A stretch of DNA of 58,495 nucleotides, filler included, from Asterionella formosa (Eukaryota), in assembly GCA_002256025.1 (NCBI GenBank). It is 5 parts of 5 records of this genome, joined end to end, with 100 filler letters (N's around TTAATTAATTAA, not from the genome) between each part and the next. Parts side by side here need not be neighbours in the genome. Positions count along the whole stretch, not along the records: positions 1 to 11,626 come from NKIB01008281.1; 4 more parts are not named here. One strand, 5' to 3'. Below are positions 1-11,726 of this stretch, piece by piece. A program made the translations under genes and the position numbers. The notes beneath the pieces were generated by a model. That model saw only the letters and a program-made list of their open reading frames with translations, did not search any database and was not told the DNA's origin. Every line of letters begins with the position of its first letter. Within the stretch, counting starts at the first letter, position 1.

Positions 1-100
1 GCTGCTTATTATCGATTTTTATTTTTATTTTGCTACACAACCTATAGTACCATTATTTGCAATTGCAAATGCGTTCATTTTGTGAGCGAGACAGTAAAAC

Positions 101-320
101 CCAGGAAGGTCCCGTAAAACACTTTTTCCACTTAGGAAAAGACTAAGCTAAATGTCTCGATCTCCGGACCTTCCCCCAGGAAAGGTCCGGTAAAACACTT
201 TTATACTTCAGAAAAGATTAAGCTTAATATTTCGATTCCGGACATTCTAATGGAAGGTCCCTTAAAGCAGTCTTTACCTACGAAAAGATTCAGCTAAATA
301 TCTCGATTACGGGACCTTCC
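101..320. repeat. Three tandem ~74-bp units, each bounded by an inverted repeat GGAAGGTCC...GGACCTTCC
   Basis: Units start near 104, 179 and 252 and share ggaaggtcc-gtaaaacac...gaaaagat-aagctaaata-tctcgat...ggaccttcc. Confidence 0.85.
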
Positions 321-599
321 AAGTCCAGAATATGTGTGTAGACCTTGCGTGCAAAAGAAAGCCATATACCGGTAGCCTTTTTACGTATCCACTACGTTGG
401 ATTTTGATATGTGGGAGGAGGCTCAAGTCATATACGGTAGACTACCCGTAAACGTCTAAATTGGTACAGATGACAGACGGAAAATGATTTTTCCGATACA
501 TGTTGATAATATAGCTTTATTCTGTATTTATATGCATCATGGTTCCGTGATTGAACACATGTATGGTATGCTAGGATGGAGAGGCAGGTGGTATTGATA

Positions 600-3260
600 C
601 TCCCTCTGAGCGAAAGTGGTTGCATCGATTCTTGGAACAATCAGATTATGTGGACAACATACCAACCTTCTATGATATGAGGGTTGGCTTACTCGAAAAA
701 ATGAGTTCATACAACCTTTCGTGCTTTAAATGCTTGTTGACAAAATGGGCAATTGAAAATCATTGTAAAAAGAATCCTAATAGTCCTTTGTTTTAATAGA
801 TAAAATAAAATTGTTTCATGATGCCAATCGAGCAATGCAAAATGAGGGGTTGATTGCTGTTGTTGTTTCAATTTTCAACTTGTTCATGCATATCTCAGTG
901 AGGAACGCTGCCAAGATTCGCCATCAGGTGAAGAAGTCGAGAATCACAAAGCGCAGTGATTTCATAATTTGGGAGATTCATATGTAATATATTCCTACCT
1001 AGAAACTTTTGTAGACTTTGTTCTCCCTCTGAGAACAACAGGGTAAAGCTACAGGAGTGTACAATACACCATAAATATAATTGTACCATCACATCTCACA
1101 TGTATTGTCATTCTGGCTAGCATGTTGTCATCTCGTTTGCATTGATGATGTCTCGCTCACAGTGTGCTCAGGAGTGCGCATCACACAGATTGATTGCAGG
1201 GTTTAAATGTTGGCTTGCAGTGGAGCGCGAGAGTTTTACTCATTCAATGATGTGGCATACAAACGGCGGCGATACCTTTCAACAGTACTAAGAAGTGACA
1301 AGCAGCAGACCAGAAATCGTCTCTAGATCATTTTCCACCAGAATCTCACTCAGTTTTCCACTTTCATTCCTTCTCGTCCTCGTGGTCAGAAGCAGCACTA
1401 ACGATGATTTTTGCAAGAAAAGTGGTTTCTTGGAAGTCAAGGAAACAATCTTCAAGGCGGACATTGGCAACCAGCAGACAAGGAGCCAAAAATTGACGAA
1501 GATTTCCTGCAATGCTGCAATCAACGGGTCAGCACGAACAAGGGGAGCAGCAAACAAGGGGTATTAATGACAGCTATAGCAATGCAAGAGTGGCAAATTG
1601 CGATTCATTCGCAGATAAATTCTATGGAGATCAACAATAGGAATGCCATTGCACGCTAATTGCATTCAGATCCATAAGATTGACAAAGTGCCCCAAAACT
1701 TATTATAGTATTTTATATTGAATTCTTATAGTTTGCTATCATTTACCCTGTCTACGAGGTCACCGACACTACCAAAAGCACCACCATTGTCGATCAATTG
1801 ATTGATTTAGCATTGCTAATTATTTTTTCGGGATTGCGCTCAAAGGTTATCTCAGTGGCAATTTTTTCCAAAATTTTCCAAAATTTTCAAGGAGTAAAAC
1901 AAAGTACTATAGGAGTTTGTTCAATAAATCAACAAAAATTTTAGTGAAAGAACTCGAAGGAGAAGTTTCACCTAAATGAAAAAAGGCTACTGAAACAACC
2001 CGGAAAATAGAAACGTTTGACTACAACAACAGGAAAAGCTGAAAGGGTCTAGTGACATAGTCTAAGAGGGCGAGAAGTTTAAATGCCAGTAAAAAGCAAA
2101 TGAAGCCCAGAGTTATTGCAATATGCTCATTTTCTTACGTCTTGTTTACTTGTTCTGTTCGACGGATTCTTACCCTGTTATGGCACAAACAACATCCAAG
2201 AATCAGTTTGATTTATCTTCCAAGGATATTGAAAATTTATTTAGTCAATCTCAATTTTCAAAGAAGAAGCATTGTGGTCGATACAAGAACTGGAACTTTC
2301 CTGGAACATCAAACTACTATTGGCAGAATCGAACAACATGGGAGTAAATGAAGTGGAGATTATGCAGACTCACAGAGTTCCAAAGAACATTGTATGATCA
2401 TGTGAAAAAACGACTGCAGGCTGCCAACTTCAGCAATAAGAAATGGTTGTGGGAATTGCATCCCCAATATAATCGATACTCTCAACTTTCTTAGGGCATT
2501 GAATGCAACAAGTCAAATGGAAATAATGAAAGAGATGAATGATATCATTTCTATTGTTGCTGAGATTTGTGGAGACAATGACAGCAGTGACAGGGCAAGG
2601 GAAGCAGGTTAATTGCAAAGACAATTGAGACCCAGGATAAGGAGAGATAGAAGGTGGCAGCTGTAGCATCATCATTGGAGCCAAAGAAGCTTGCACTTGT
2701 GCCTTATATAACTCCACTGATTGAGGATGCAGCCATACATGATGAGAATACATTTGTTATGTGGACAAACAAGCAGCTCCAGGACATGTTGAGGTATTTC
2801 ATGGACCCTCAACCAGTGAATGTTATGAAATTTGACAAAGAGGGATTGATAAATGCTGTTGAAGCTTCGGTTGGTGTCTTTAGAGAGGCGAGCGAAGTAG
2901 AACCCTCCATAGCAACGGTTTAAACTACTAAACTAGAGTCAAGAAAGATTCAAGCACACTAGACCACATTATAGCACATGATTCTACCGTGTCAGATCTT
3001 TAGCTAGTGCATCTTCTGTTCTTTTATTTGTCTTTATTTCTCCTGTAGTAAGCCCGTAGTGCATGGTACTTGGCAAATTGGTAAACATTCTGGAATCCTT
3101 GGAAATGGACGTTTTCTCGGAAATGACCATAAATTTATAGATGCTGAGAATAGATGGTTAGAAAAAATGGGTGGTCATGCATCTACATTTTGCTCGAGAT
3201 AGCAATGATCAGCGAAAATCGAAAAAGCCGAAGAACGTTTTTTAAGACGTATTTGCCAAT
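600..3260. mobile_element. Degenerate TA-flanked TIR DNA transposon (Tc1/mariner/pogo or Stowaway-like terminus); right end lost
   Basis: TA|CTCCCTCTGAGCGAAAGTGGTTGCATC at 598-626. Segments 640-700 and 3160-3260 are homologous to the two ends of the MITE at 53953-54681. Broken ORF remnants lie at ~2100-2923. Confidence 0.6.
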
Positions 3261-3391
3261 CTATATATATATGGTCAGATGTAGATGAAAGAATACCTAC
3301 CGGTACTCGGAGTACTGGGTACTCATTGTCCAGTCAGGAATATGTATCACTACCAGATTAGTTAGGTATAGAATCCTGCAACGCATCGACC

Positions 3392-4048
3392 ATGACAACA
3401 ATAGGAACATCACGACGAGATTGTACCGCTACAACAAGCAGTACCACCATGAGTGTTGACAACACATCTGTTATAATGATGGAAGATGTTGTTATGGTTG
3501 ATGAGTCCTCCTTAAAAACAACATCTGTTAGTACGGATCATCAACAACAGCATCCTCCTCACAAACGTCCCTGTCAACAATTAGTAGTACCAGTAGGACC
3601 ATCAGGTGAACAAAAAATGGCCACGCCATCATCCTATGAACATTTGGATAAGCGACCACGATGGAACACATTACCTTCATCCTTATCTATTGATTCCAAC
3701 CTGTCAACAAAGACAGAAGCCAGTGTTCAACAAGTTCAACCAATAGTCGATGATGACGAAAATGATAACGACGCGACAACAGCTCCAACGAATATGGATG
3801 CCATGATTTTGGTGGAATCATTAGTAGACCAAATGGAAAATTGGAGTTTAATGAATCTAAAGGAATGGAGACGACAAGAAAGCATGTCAAGTGATGGGAG
3901 TTCATCGACACCATGTCCAACTCTCAAAAAGAAATTTAGAATGGCGAAGAGGGATATGCTACGCATGATGAGAAATCCATACCAAACTACTAATACAGCA
4001 ACAAGCAGTATGAATGGCGAAGATGGGGATAGTCCATTGGGAGTCTAA
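3392..4048 (+). CDS. Hypothetical low-complexity protein, 218 aa
   Basis: Uninterrupted ATG-to-stop ORF, S/T/D/Q-rich, flanked by AT-rich non-coding DNA. No recognisable domain. Confidence 0.6.
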   Translation: MTTIGTSRRDCTATTSSTTMSVDNTSVIMMEDVVMVDESSLKTTSVSTDHQQQHPPHKRPCQQLVVPVGPSGEQKMATPSSYEHLDKRPRWNTLPSSLSIDSNLSTKTEASVQQVQPIVDDDENDNDATTAPTNMDAMILVESLVDQMENWSLMNLKEWRRQESMSSDGSSSTPCPTLKKKFRMAKRDMLRMMRNPYQTTNTATSSMNGEDGDSPLGV

Positions 4049-4827
4049 AATGTATATATTTATACATCATTATTGCTACCCAACAACAAATATAAGAATG
4101 GCTGTATATAATCAAAATTATGAGACACAAGGAGATTGAGTGGTAGAATGTGAGTTTCACAATAAGGGAGCCACACTTCCAAACGATGGTTGAAACTGAT
4201 TTTGATGGCATGTTCACTTTCGATCTGCCGTCAAGATGTGAATGAATTCTGTCTCAACATAATATCTATACTTATATAGTATGGAACTGGGATTTTTCAG
4301 AAGGCCTTATACCGCATATATTCCAGCCATGGTAAACTCTCACAAGGCTAACATATGTACTCTATAAAGAAACGGAGAAGGAACGGATTGTACAATAAGG
4401 GACAAGAACATTAATGCATGCAGCTGCCATTACTTATATCCCGATGTTTGATTTTTTGATTGACTCACCTAACAACCGGTATATAACTACGGAGATGAAG
4501 TGTTTGCGAGTGTGGCGTACATACCGGTAGGACATGATGTACCAACTATGATCCTATGATATGCAGTGCTATAATATAAACTATCAGCACCAACATTTGT
4601 CAAAGCCAGCAATTTTGTAGAAATAATTTTGGACAAATGATAGTGATAACAATTTTTCAACAAAATTTGCTCATCTCTACACATTTATCACATGAATGTC
4701 AAAAATTAGGGATTCCAATGACAAACAGGACTCGCTTAATGTACTGCGGTATGTCGGTTGGAACCTCCTGATGGATGATTCGGCCAAGTGGTAAAATAGG
4801 CTACCACATCGCCACCGAGTTGTTCTG

Positions 4828-7365
4828 TTACTTCTTCCATGCCTTGGGGCTTCCCCAAAATCGCTTCGGTTTAGCTTTGGGCTTCGGTTCAGCTGGTGCT
4901 TCAGGAACAGTTTCTTCCACTTTCTTCGCAGTGGCGTCAATCTTCTTGATTTCGAGCTCCTGGATGAACGAATGAGAGGTAAGCCCACCTCCATCATGAC
5001 CTTGCGTTGTTGGTCGCTTCATTGGAATGGTTGCCACGGGTACAGCTGCACTTCGAGGGGCGTTCATTGCTTTGGCGACAGATTCTCGATTCAAAAGGGT
5101 TGGTTGAATTTGCCCATCTGCTCCATCATCGCATATTTCTACTTTTCCAAAACAGGCGACGCTGTCCTCTACACCAACATCGGCAACATCCATGGAAAAT
5201 ACATTTCGAAATTCGGTGGGAGTCTTCGGTTGATTTGTTAGCAAGAGGTCCACGTCGGATACGATGGGCGCCTTGTTATTAAGCCGTTTCCTGGCTTGGT
5301 CTGCCACATCATCTGTCTCGTCTCCAAATACAGTGTACTTGTCTCCACCTTCTGGCTGCATTAAAGAATCATCAGAAGTAATGGATGGATCGTGGTTAGG
5401 AGCGATCCAACTTGCATTCGAGGCGGATTCTTTTATAGAAGAAACAGGTGACGTTGGCTCTGGGTCGTCAATGGAAATAGCACTTCTGCTCGCCGGCTCA
5501 GCAGGTGGTGTTGAAACTGCAGCCTGTTCTACAGTTACGGATGATGCAACTACAACTTCCTCCTTATTAGTGACACGACCTCCCCTGCGAAGGCGGAACC
5601 AATTCTGTTTTGAATTTATTGATTTAGGAACCACCTTGTCACTCACCACATCTTTTGTCACAGTCACATCAATTTCCTCAAGTGGCTGACCGGAAACTAA
5701 GTGACCCCACGATTTTGCCGTCAATGCCCCGTTGGGAATATCTGGTGCAGTGATGAAGCTGGGACCTGCTACATCACGAGGAGCCGAAGAATCCTTCATG
5801 TCATGCATGGCAAAACCATCCCATGATGCCATGGAAGGCGCTTCCTTGAGAGCTGAATCCATCTGGTTGGCCTGTTCCACGGCCTTGAGACTAATGTCAT
5901 CGTCATCAATGTTATCATCGTCATTAGGTTTAACCATTGTGGCAACAACTTGGTTGTATTTGCCCTTACTTGGGCGAGTAGACGCTTTTGTTGGTGTCCC
6001 AAGTGAACCATTGGACGTGTTCTTCTTCTTATTATTATTATTTCTTTTCAAAAAACTCATAAATCCTGGCTTGTTCTGCTTCTTATTCATCACTTCCTGA
6101 TTCTGTTTCTTTTTCCTAGATTCGTGCATGGGTTTGCTGGCGATGACAGCAGGTACTGATTTTGCTTTTTGTAGTTTCTTTCGTTTCCTTGCCTGTTCGT
6201 CTGCATCTTCTGCATCACCATCCAGAAATTCATTGAGTGAGCTGACACTAATGTCATCACCTTGACGACTAGGTATAAGACTCTCGCCAGCTGTCGTGGG
6301 ACTGACGAGTGTCCTTTCTTCAAAGGTGTTGTCAAATCCGAGTGTAGATATGGTTGTAGAGAGCCCCATCTTAGGAGAATACGGTTCATTCATGTCATCT
6401 TTTGCAAAAGCAGGTAGATTTTGTTGTCCTACCACAACTCTAACAATTTCCGCATCTCTCAAGGTGTTGGCTGACATAGTGGAGGTGGTGTCAGTATCAT
6501 CAACGTGATTTCGACTTTTGGTCTCACGTGCAACTTCCTTCACTCCGTCCCGCCTACTTTGCTCCCCATCCACAGCCGATTCTTTTGCGTCTGTACTAAC
6601 ATTGTCAACAAGAAATGATGGCAACATCCGTTCCAAGTTTCTCCTAGCTGCCTCGGCATGTTCTTGAAATCTTTGCAGTGCATCTTTTGCTGCAATAGTC
6701 AAGTCGTTTGCAAGTGACGCATTTTTAGTATTTTTCTTTTGCACCGGCGTTTTCCCAACTTTCTTTGGCCGTTGCGAAGGAGGAAGTAGAATCCCCCTGT
6801 CTGATGCTGCTGCTGCCTTCCAAGCCTCCCTTGCTTCATGCTCTCCTTGACTGGTCGAGTGTACCAATTGCTGCTCATCTGCCTCTTTCTCCACCAATCG
6901 ATGTGCATCCGCCGCTGCTTGAAATGCATCCTTCAGTAGCGTTTCCTTCGATTTTGCTTGAAACTCAGCGTCCTTGGAGTAGTAGTTGCCGCCATTGAGT
7001 GCCGCATCTAACAACCGCCTTGCGGATTCCGCCTTTTTGGTAGCTTCGGCTCTTTTTTGAAAGCGAGTGGCTTCGTCGTCTTCCACAAGTACAATGGCAT
7101 GTGCCTTCTTCACCTTGATGCTATTCGCTGCTTGCTTCTTGGCAGAACGGAAGGACCGAAAGGAAGCTCCACCTCTGCCCTTTTTAGCATCGTCGTCTTG
7201 CTCTTCGACCCACAGAATTTCTTGACCTTGCATCATCATTGTCGCATCGTCCTTCTTTGCGTGTTTTGATTTCTTCTTGGTCGACGACCGACCTTCCCGT
7301 GCGGATGCTTGTCGTTCCATGGCTGTGGCTGTTGTTGAGCTCATCGTTGCGACTACTGCTTCCAC
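4828..7365 (-). CDS. Large, mostly disordered/coiled-coil hypothetical protein (~840 aa)
   Basis: 2.5-kb open frame. First ATG at 7344. The sequence cacatag|GTGGAA at 7365 could be a splice acceptor, so an upstream exon is possible. Confidence 0.8.
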   Translation of the reverse strand: MEAVVATMSSTTATAMERQASAREGRSSTKKKSKHAKKDDATMMMQGQEILWVEEQDDDAKKGRGGASFRSFRSAKKQAANSIKVKKAHAIVLVEDDEATRFQKRAEATKKAESARRLLDAALNGGNYYSKDAEFQAKSKETLLKDAFQAAADAHRLVEKEADEQQLVHSTSQGEHEAREAWKAAAASDRGILLPPSQRPKKVGKTPVQKKNTKNASLANDLTIAAKDALQRFQEHAEAARRNLERMLPSFLVDNVSTDAKESAVDGEQSRRDGVKEVARETKSRNHVDDTDTTSTMSANTLRDAEIVRVVVGQQNLPAFAKDDMNEPYSPKMGLSTTISTLGFDNTFEERTLVSPTTAGESLIPSRQGDDISVSSLNEFLDGDAEDADEQARKRKKLQKAKSVPAVIASKPMHESRKKKQNQEVMNKKQNKPGFMSFLKRNNNNKKKNTSNGSLGTPTKASTRPSKGKYNQVVATMVKPNDDDNIDDDDISLKAVEQANQMDSALKEAPSMASWDGFAMHDMKDSSAPRDVAGPSFITAPDIPNGALTAKSWGHLVSGQPLEEIDVTVTKDVVSDKVVPKSINSKQNWFRLRRGGRVTNKEEVVVASSVTVEQAAVSTPPAEPASRSAISIDDPEPTSPVSSIKESASNASWIAPNHDPSITSDDSLMQPEGGDKYTVFGDETDDVADQARKRLNNKAPIVSDVDLLLTNQPKTPTEFRNVFSMDVADVGVEDSVACFGKVEICDDGADGQIQPTLLNRESVAKAMNAPRSAAVPVATIPMKRPTTQGHDGGGLTSHSFIQELEIKKIDATAKKVEETVPEAPAEPKPKAKPKRFWGSPKAWKK

Positions 7366-8462
7366 CTATGTGGGAGGCGAGAAACTCACGTGGCAATGAC
7401 GAGAGACGACTATAGATATCGATGTATAGAAATATAGAATGGTCTATCGGCCTGGCTGTTGGTTTTGAGTGATTCTACCACATGAACGGTACCAGGTAGT
7501 CTACGGGTAAGAACACGGTATGCTGATTAAATCTGCTGTACCGGTCGTTGCTGCACCAATAATGATGCTAACTGATTCTTTATGAACTGATACCTGGTAC
7601 CGGTTTCTTTGGTCTGTGCTGTCTTATTTATTCACTTCCTCTTTGTTGCATCATCGAGGCCGGGCGACAAAAAGTCGGTTTAAAAAGTGTGTATACATTA
7701 ATATGGACTATTTTATTGTCAACATGTATTAATAGCCGAATATATATATACAGAATCACAGGTATGATGGATATGGTGCCCGGGGCGGGCTGGGAGGGTA
7801 CAGCACGGCAAGTTCTACAAGAAATGCAACAAGGCAGGTTGCTGAGGAATAATTAACAACTGCTTTGGTGTTTCCTTTATAGTATTATTAACCGTCTTTC
7901 ACCGGACTACTCATGCAGTATTTTGCTGATACATTTATACCGGTACCTGGTACCAGGTGCCGAAGTCAAAAATAACACATCGTTCATAGCTTACCGGTAC
8001 GTGGAGAACCAGGTAGTCTACTATGGGACTACCTGCCGGTATGAACATGCCATACCAGTAATAATGCTACGGTGGTGAGTAGTACCCAGGAAAAGCAAAC
8101 CTCGACCATTACTATCCAGCACGCACTGCGGCCATCATGAATAATTTATACACCATTACTGAGCGTAAAGTAGGTTGGCTATTACCGGTACGTACGTGGC
8201 AGCTCCTACCGGTATGTGGTTTGAACATACATAACGGTAGGTATCGACCAGTATCAACGAGTAGCAGGTATGATACCAAATGATACCACCAGGTAGACTA
8301 CCGAATTGATTTCTGCACCACAAACCTCTCGCATGACGACACACTCTCCAACATCATGATTGATTCATTGACGAGGTATTATTATATATGGTGAATACAT
8401 AAATAGTATTTGCAATCCTGTCTTACATTATATGCATACATACGTTTTTCATTTTATTCATA

Positions 8463-9452
8463 ATGGCATCGATACTTTCCACCATTTCCCGTCGAACGGC
8501 TGGAACAGTTGCAGGTCTCGTTGTTGGTTCAGCAGTGGCGTATGGGGCACACCAGTATAGTAGTAGCACTAGTGGTAAAGCTACTACCTCATCCTCAGAC
8601 CCATACGCAAATCTCCCAGCAACAGATGAACCAACGCATTGTACCATTTGTCGAACCAATCGGAATGGACCATGTAAGAATTTATGGCGTAAATTTGAAT
8701 ACTGCATGAAAGATAATCCACCTAAGCGTCAAGAGGATGACAATGGTAGTGCCAACGAAAATGGCAAGGAACCACCTCCAGCATCGGAGGACGATCGCTG
8801 TAACAAGTACATGATGGATTGGATTCCTTGTGTACGAAGCAACTTCATGTTATATGCCATGTTTGCCAATCAAGTCGATGCTGACTATTATGATAAAATA
8901 GAACAGCGACTTTTGGAAAATAACAACGTCGTGAAAGAATGGAAAGCAGATGATATTGATGTGGATTGGTCTGATTACTTGTCCATGTTGCAAGCCGAGC
9001 ACATGAACATTGTCGATGTGTACACAGCTGACCAACGAGTATCGGAGCCACTGTGGAAAGAGGGGGATACAGATGAGACATTACTAGCCGTGGAAGTGTT
9101 TGTCAGGGTGAATTTGCAAGATGACGACCTCCCTATTGCCATTTGCTATGCGAGAGATGACATTGGATCCATTATTGGTGTCGGCCATTTCAAACAACAG
9201 GATGAGGAGGGCAATCAGATTACTGAAAATGCCATGACTATAACGTTCCGACCAAACAAGACTCGTCGCATACGACTATTCAAGGTATATGAAGAAGAAT
9301 TGGGAGAGGACGAACCGGAGAGGCCGTTGAAGAAGATAGCATATGCGTCCGAGGAAATTGACTTGTTGGAAGTGGCTCGCGCTGCTGGAACCTTTGCTCC
9401 TTATTATGTTTGGGAAGGTGCTGATGGGGAAAAACAGAGTGCAGCGAGCTAA
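8463..9452 (+). CDS. GCK-domain (CHCH/Mia40-like twin-cysteine) protein, probably in the mitochondrial intermembrane space
   Basis: N-terminal S/R-rich presequence followed by a hydrophobic anchor (GTVAGLVVGSAVAYGA). Motif CTICRTNRNGPCKNLWRKFEYC...C(NKYMMDWIP)C has CX2C, GPCK and two CX9C spacings. Confidence 0.7.
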   Translation: MASILSTISRRTAGTVAGLVVGSAVAYGAHQYSSSTSGKATTSSSDPYANLPATDEPTHCTICRTNRNGPCKNLWRKFEYCMKDNPPKRQEDDNGSANENGKEPPPASEDDRCNKYMMDWIPCVRSNFMLYAMFANQVDADYYDKIEQRLLENNNVVKEWKADDIDVDWSDYLSMLQAEHMNIVDVYTADQRVSEPLWKEGDTDETLLAVEVFVRVNLQDDDLPIAICYARDDIGSIIGVGHFKQQDEEGNQITENAMTITFRPNKTRRIRLFKVYEEELGEDEPERPLKKIAYASEEIDLLEVARAAGTFAPYYVWEGADGEKQSAAS

Positions 9453-9908
9453 CAGAACATAGGCAATATATATAGCAGAGGTGATGGGTAAAAGTAGACT
9501 CGCAACTTTGGAACTAGTATCATTTTTAGTCTTGGGCACTTATGCCATGACTGGTAGGACACACCATCCCTTCATCTTCCACAACAAGTGCACGACCAAC
9601 ATTTAACACCATAAAGAAACAAAACAGCTCACTCGTGTCTTGTTAGTTGGTAACTCAGTAGTAGTCATCAGCTTTACCATCAACATAGTCTTAACTGCTA
9701 CTGTCAGTTATCGATGACAAGTCTTTCAGCATTCCTTCAAAGTGTAAGCCCGGCCATGTCCTTTTTATATCATATAGCTAGGCAACGAATCAGTATGACA
9801 ATATAGTTCTTGCCATTTTTTACTTACAAACAAACATGGCAACGGCTTTCACGCTGAAATGTAAATCATCGTATTTATTTCATGCATGTTAACTAAACGA
9901 AAAGTAAA

Positions 9909-11626
9909 TTATTGAAGTCCGTCATAGTCCCCATCTTCGTCGTGGACTCCATCTTGGTTCATGCATAATTGCATCTTTCCTACAGTCACGAGCCGTTCTC
10001 CGCTATCAGCAACGGTCCCAGTCACTTCGAGCAATTCCTGTTTGCCCTTCCCACAGATGCCAGAAATGCAATCGTCATCAGATTTGCATGGCCATCCTTC
10101 CTCCTTCTTGCCCGTGCTGTCGAATTCAGCGGCATCCTTGTTTGTCACAGAAGTGTCGGAAGCATTGGGTGTATAGTATTCGATGATACCATTAAAGACT
10201 CGTCCAAGGAATATTCCACCAAAACGAGGTTGAGCAACGCCAGCACCTTCGTAAACGATGAGGTCGGAAGACTCTGAAAATGGCAGCATAACCGTTCCTG
10301 TCGATTTACCGTTAGTATATCTGATACCTCCTCCAACAATTGTAATATACAAGGCTTGGATGTCCCCATTAGCGATCTTCAGCTCCTTGAATGTACCTGG
10401 TGGCAATTGTGTCGGGTTACCCGATCCCTGGCCTGCAACAGATGCAGATCCAATCAATTGCCATGCACTAGATGTGCCTTGCGTGCCTTGCCATGATGTG
10501 TTCTTTGTTTTGAGCATGTAGATTTCCACATCTACCATTGCTCCAAACTGATGGTACGTGTGGAACCACAAGTTAGAAATGATCAAGTCGGTCTTGGCCT
10601 TGATATCGAACATACTTCCATACGACCCATTCTTGTTCGCCATTGTTGTTGTATGTTTCTTCAAAACACCGTAGTCACCGGTGAGCGGTACAGGAGATCG
10701 TGTGGGTTGAGAACTACTAGCCTGAGACACATAGTATAAAACGCCATTCCAGATGCGATTAGGATACGCATTTCCAAAGGGATATCTGATTCCAGAGGAC
10801 TTCACGAAACTGACAGTGCCATCGTTCGCGGAAACAATACCGTTCGTGTATCGAATATTGGGGTCAGTCATCGTCACGTAGAAAGCTTGAGTCTCTCCAG
10901 CACGGATGGTAACAGAAGTGACAGCTTCCCGGGGGATGCGCGTTGGATTTGGAGAACCCGCACCATAGACTAACGTGTCACAAATTTTGGTCCACGCGGT
11001 TTGAACTTTCTCGAAACCTTCGTATGTTCCTTTCTTGGTAAAGACCAACACCCTCACACTAGTGTCGCTGTAGGTGTGAATATCAAACGACTTGACCTTG
11101 ATTCTCTTGTTGGTGGTCACGTCAAACATGTTGCCAGCCTGACCGTTTCCTCCTACGAATGTTGTTGTGATTGAACTGGTAGTTTTCGCCACAACTGATG
11201 TAGGAGCTACTGGCGAAGGTGTAGCAGGTACAGGTGTCGGCACCTTGGTAGGTAATGGTGTAGCAGGCACGGGCGTTGGGGCTTTGGTAGGCAATGGCGT
11301 AGCAGGCACTGGAGGTTGCGATACAGTACCTACTTCATAAAAGACTTGTCCGTTAAAAACTCGAGGATAATAATCAGGACCAAAGAGATAGCCCTTGGCA
11401 TACCCCTCAAAGATTTGAATGTCATTATTTTCTTTATAGACGCCACCCAATTTAATTCCACTGGAGTATCTGTTGACGTTGGTGCTAGCTTGAAAAGTTA
11501 GATAAAAGGCTTGCACATCGCCACTCTTGACATATACAGGATTGAACGATCCAAGTGGAAGAAGTGAGGGCTGTCCTGCGCCATTGGAAACAAACTCGGC
11601 TTTGCCAAGATATTCCCAATCACCAG
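9909..11626 (-). CDS. Extracellular repeat protein (three copies of a ~150-aa beta-rich domain, PTPVPATP linker, C-terminal Cys motif); 5' end truncated by the contig end
   Basis: Frame stays open past the ORF-track start to the gap (GDWEYLGKAEFV...). Repeated motifs TTT..GNG..G.MFD, QA(F/L)Y.T, IRYTNG, R.(F/W)NG..YY. CKSDDDCISGIC near the C-terminus. Confidence 0.8.
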
Positions 11627-11726
11627 NNNNNNNNNNNNNNNNNNNNNNNNNNNNNNNNNNNNNNNNNNNNTTAATTAATTAANNNNNNNNNNNNNNNNNN
11701 NNNNNNNNNNNNNNNNNNNNNNNNNN
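11627..11726. other. Artificial contig linker N44-TTAATTAATTAA-N44
   Basis: Identical 100-bp spacer with six-frame stops occurs four times in the window. Confidence 0.98.

Noticed and set aside
895..1659. Short ORFs as host genes
   Set aside because: They lie inside the putative transposon, are broken by stops, and have no recognisable domain.
4972..7269. Many plus-strand and alternate-frame ORFs overlapping the 845-aa gene (similarly over other genes and TEs)
   Set aside because: Antisense or frame shadows of a longer coding sequence, with no independent motifs.
11671..11682. TTAATTAATTAA palindrome recurring four times
   Set aside because: Synthetic six-frame-stop linker inside N runs.
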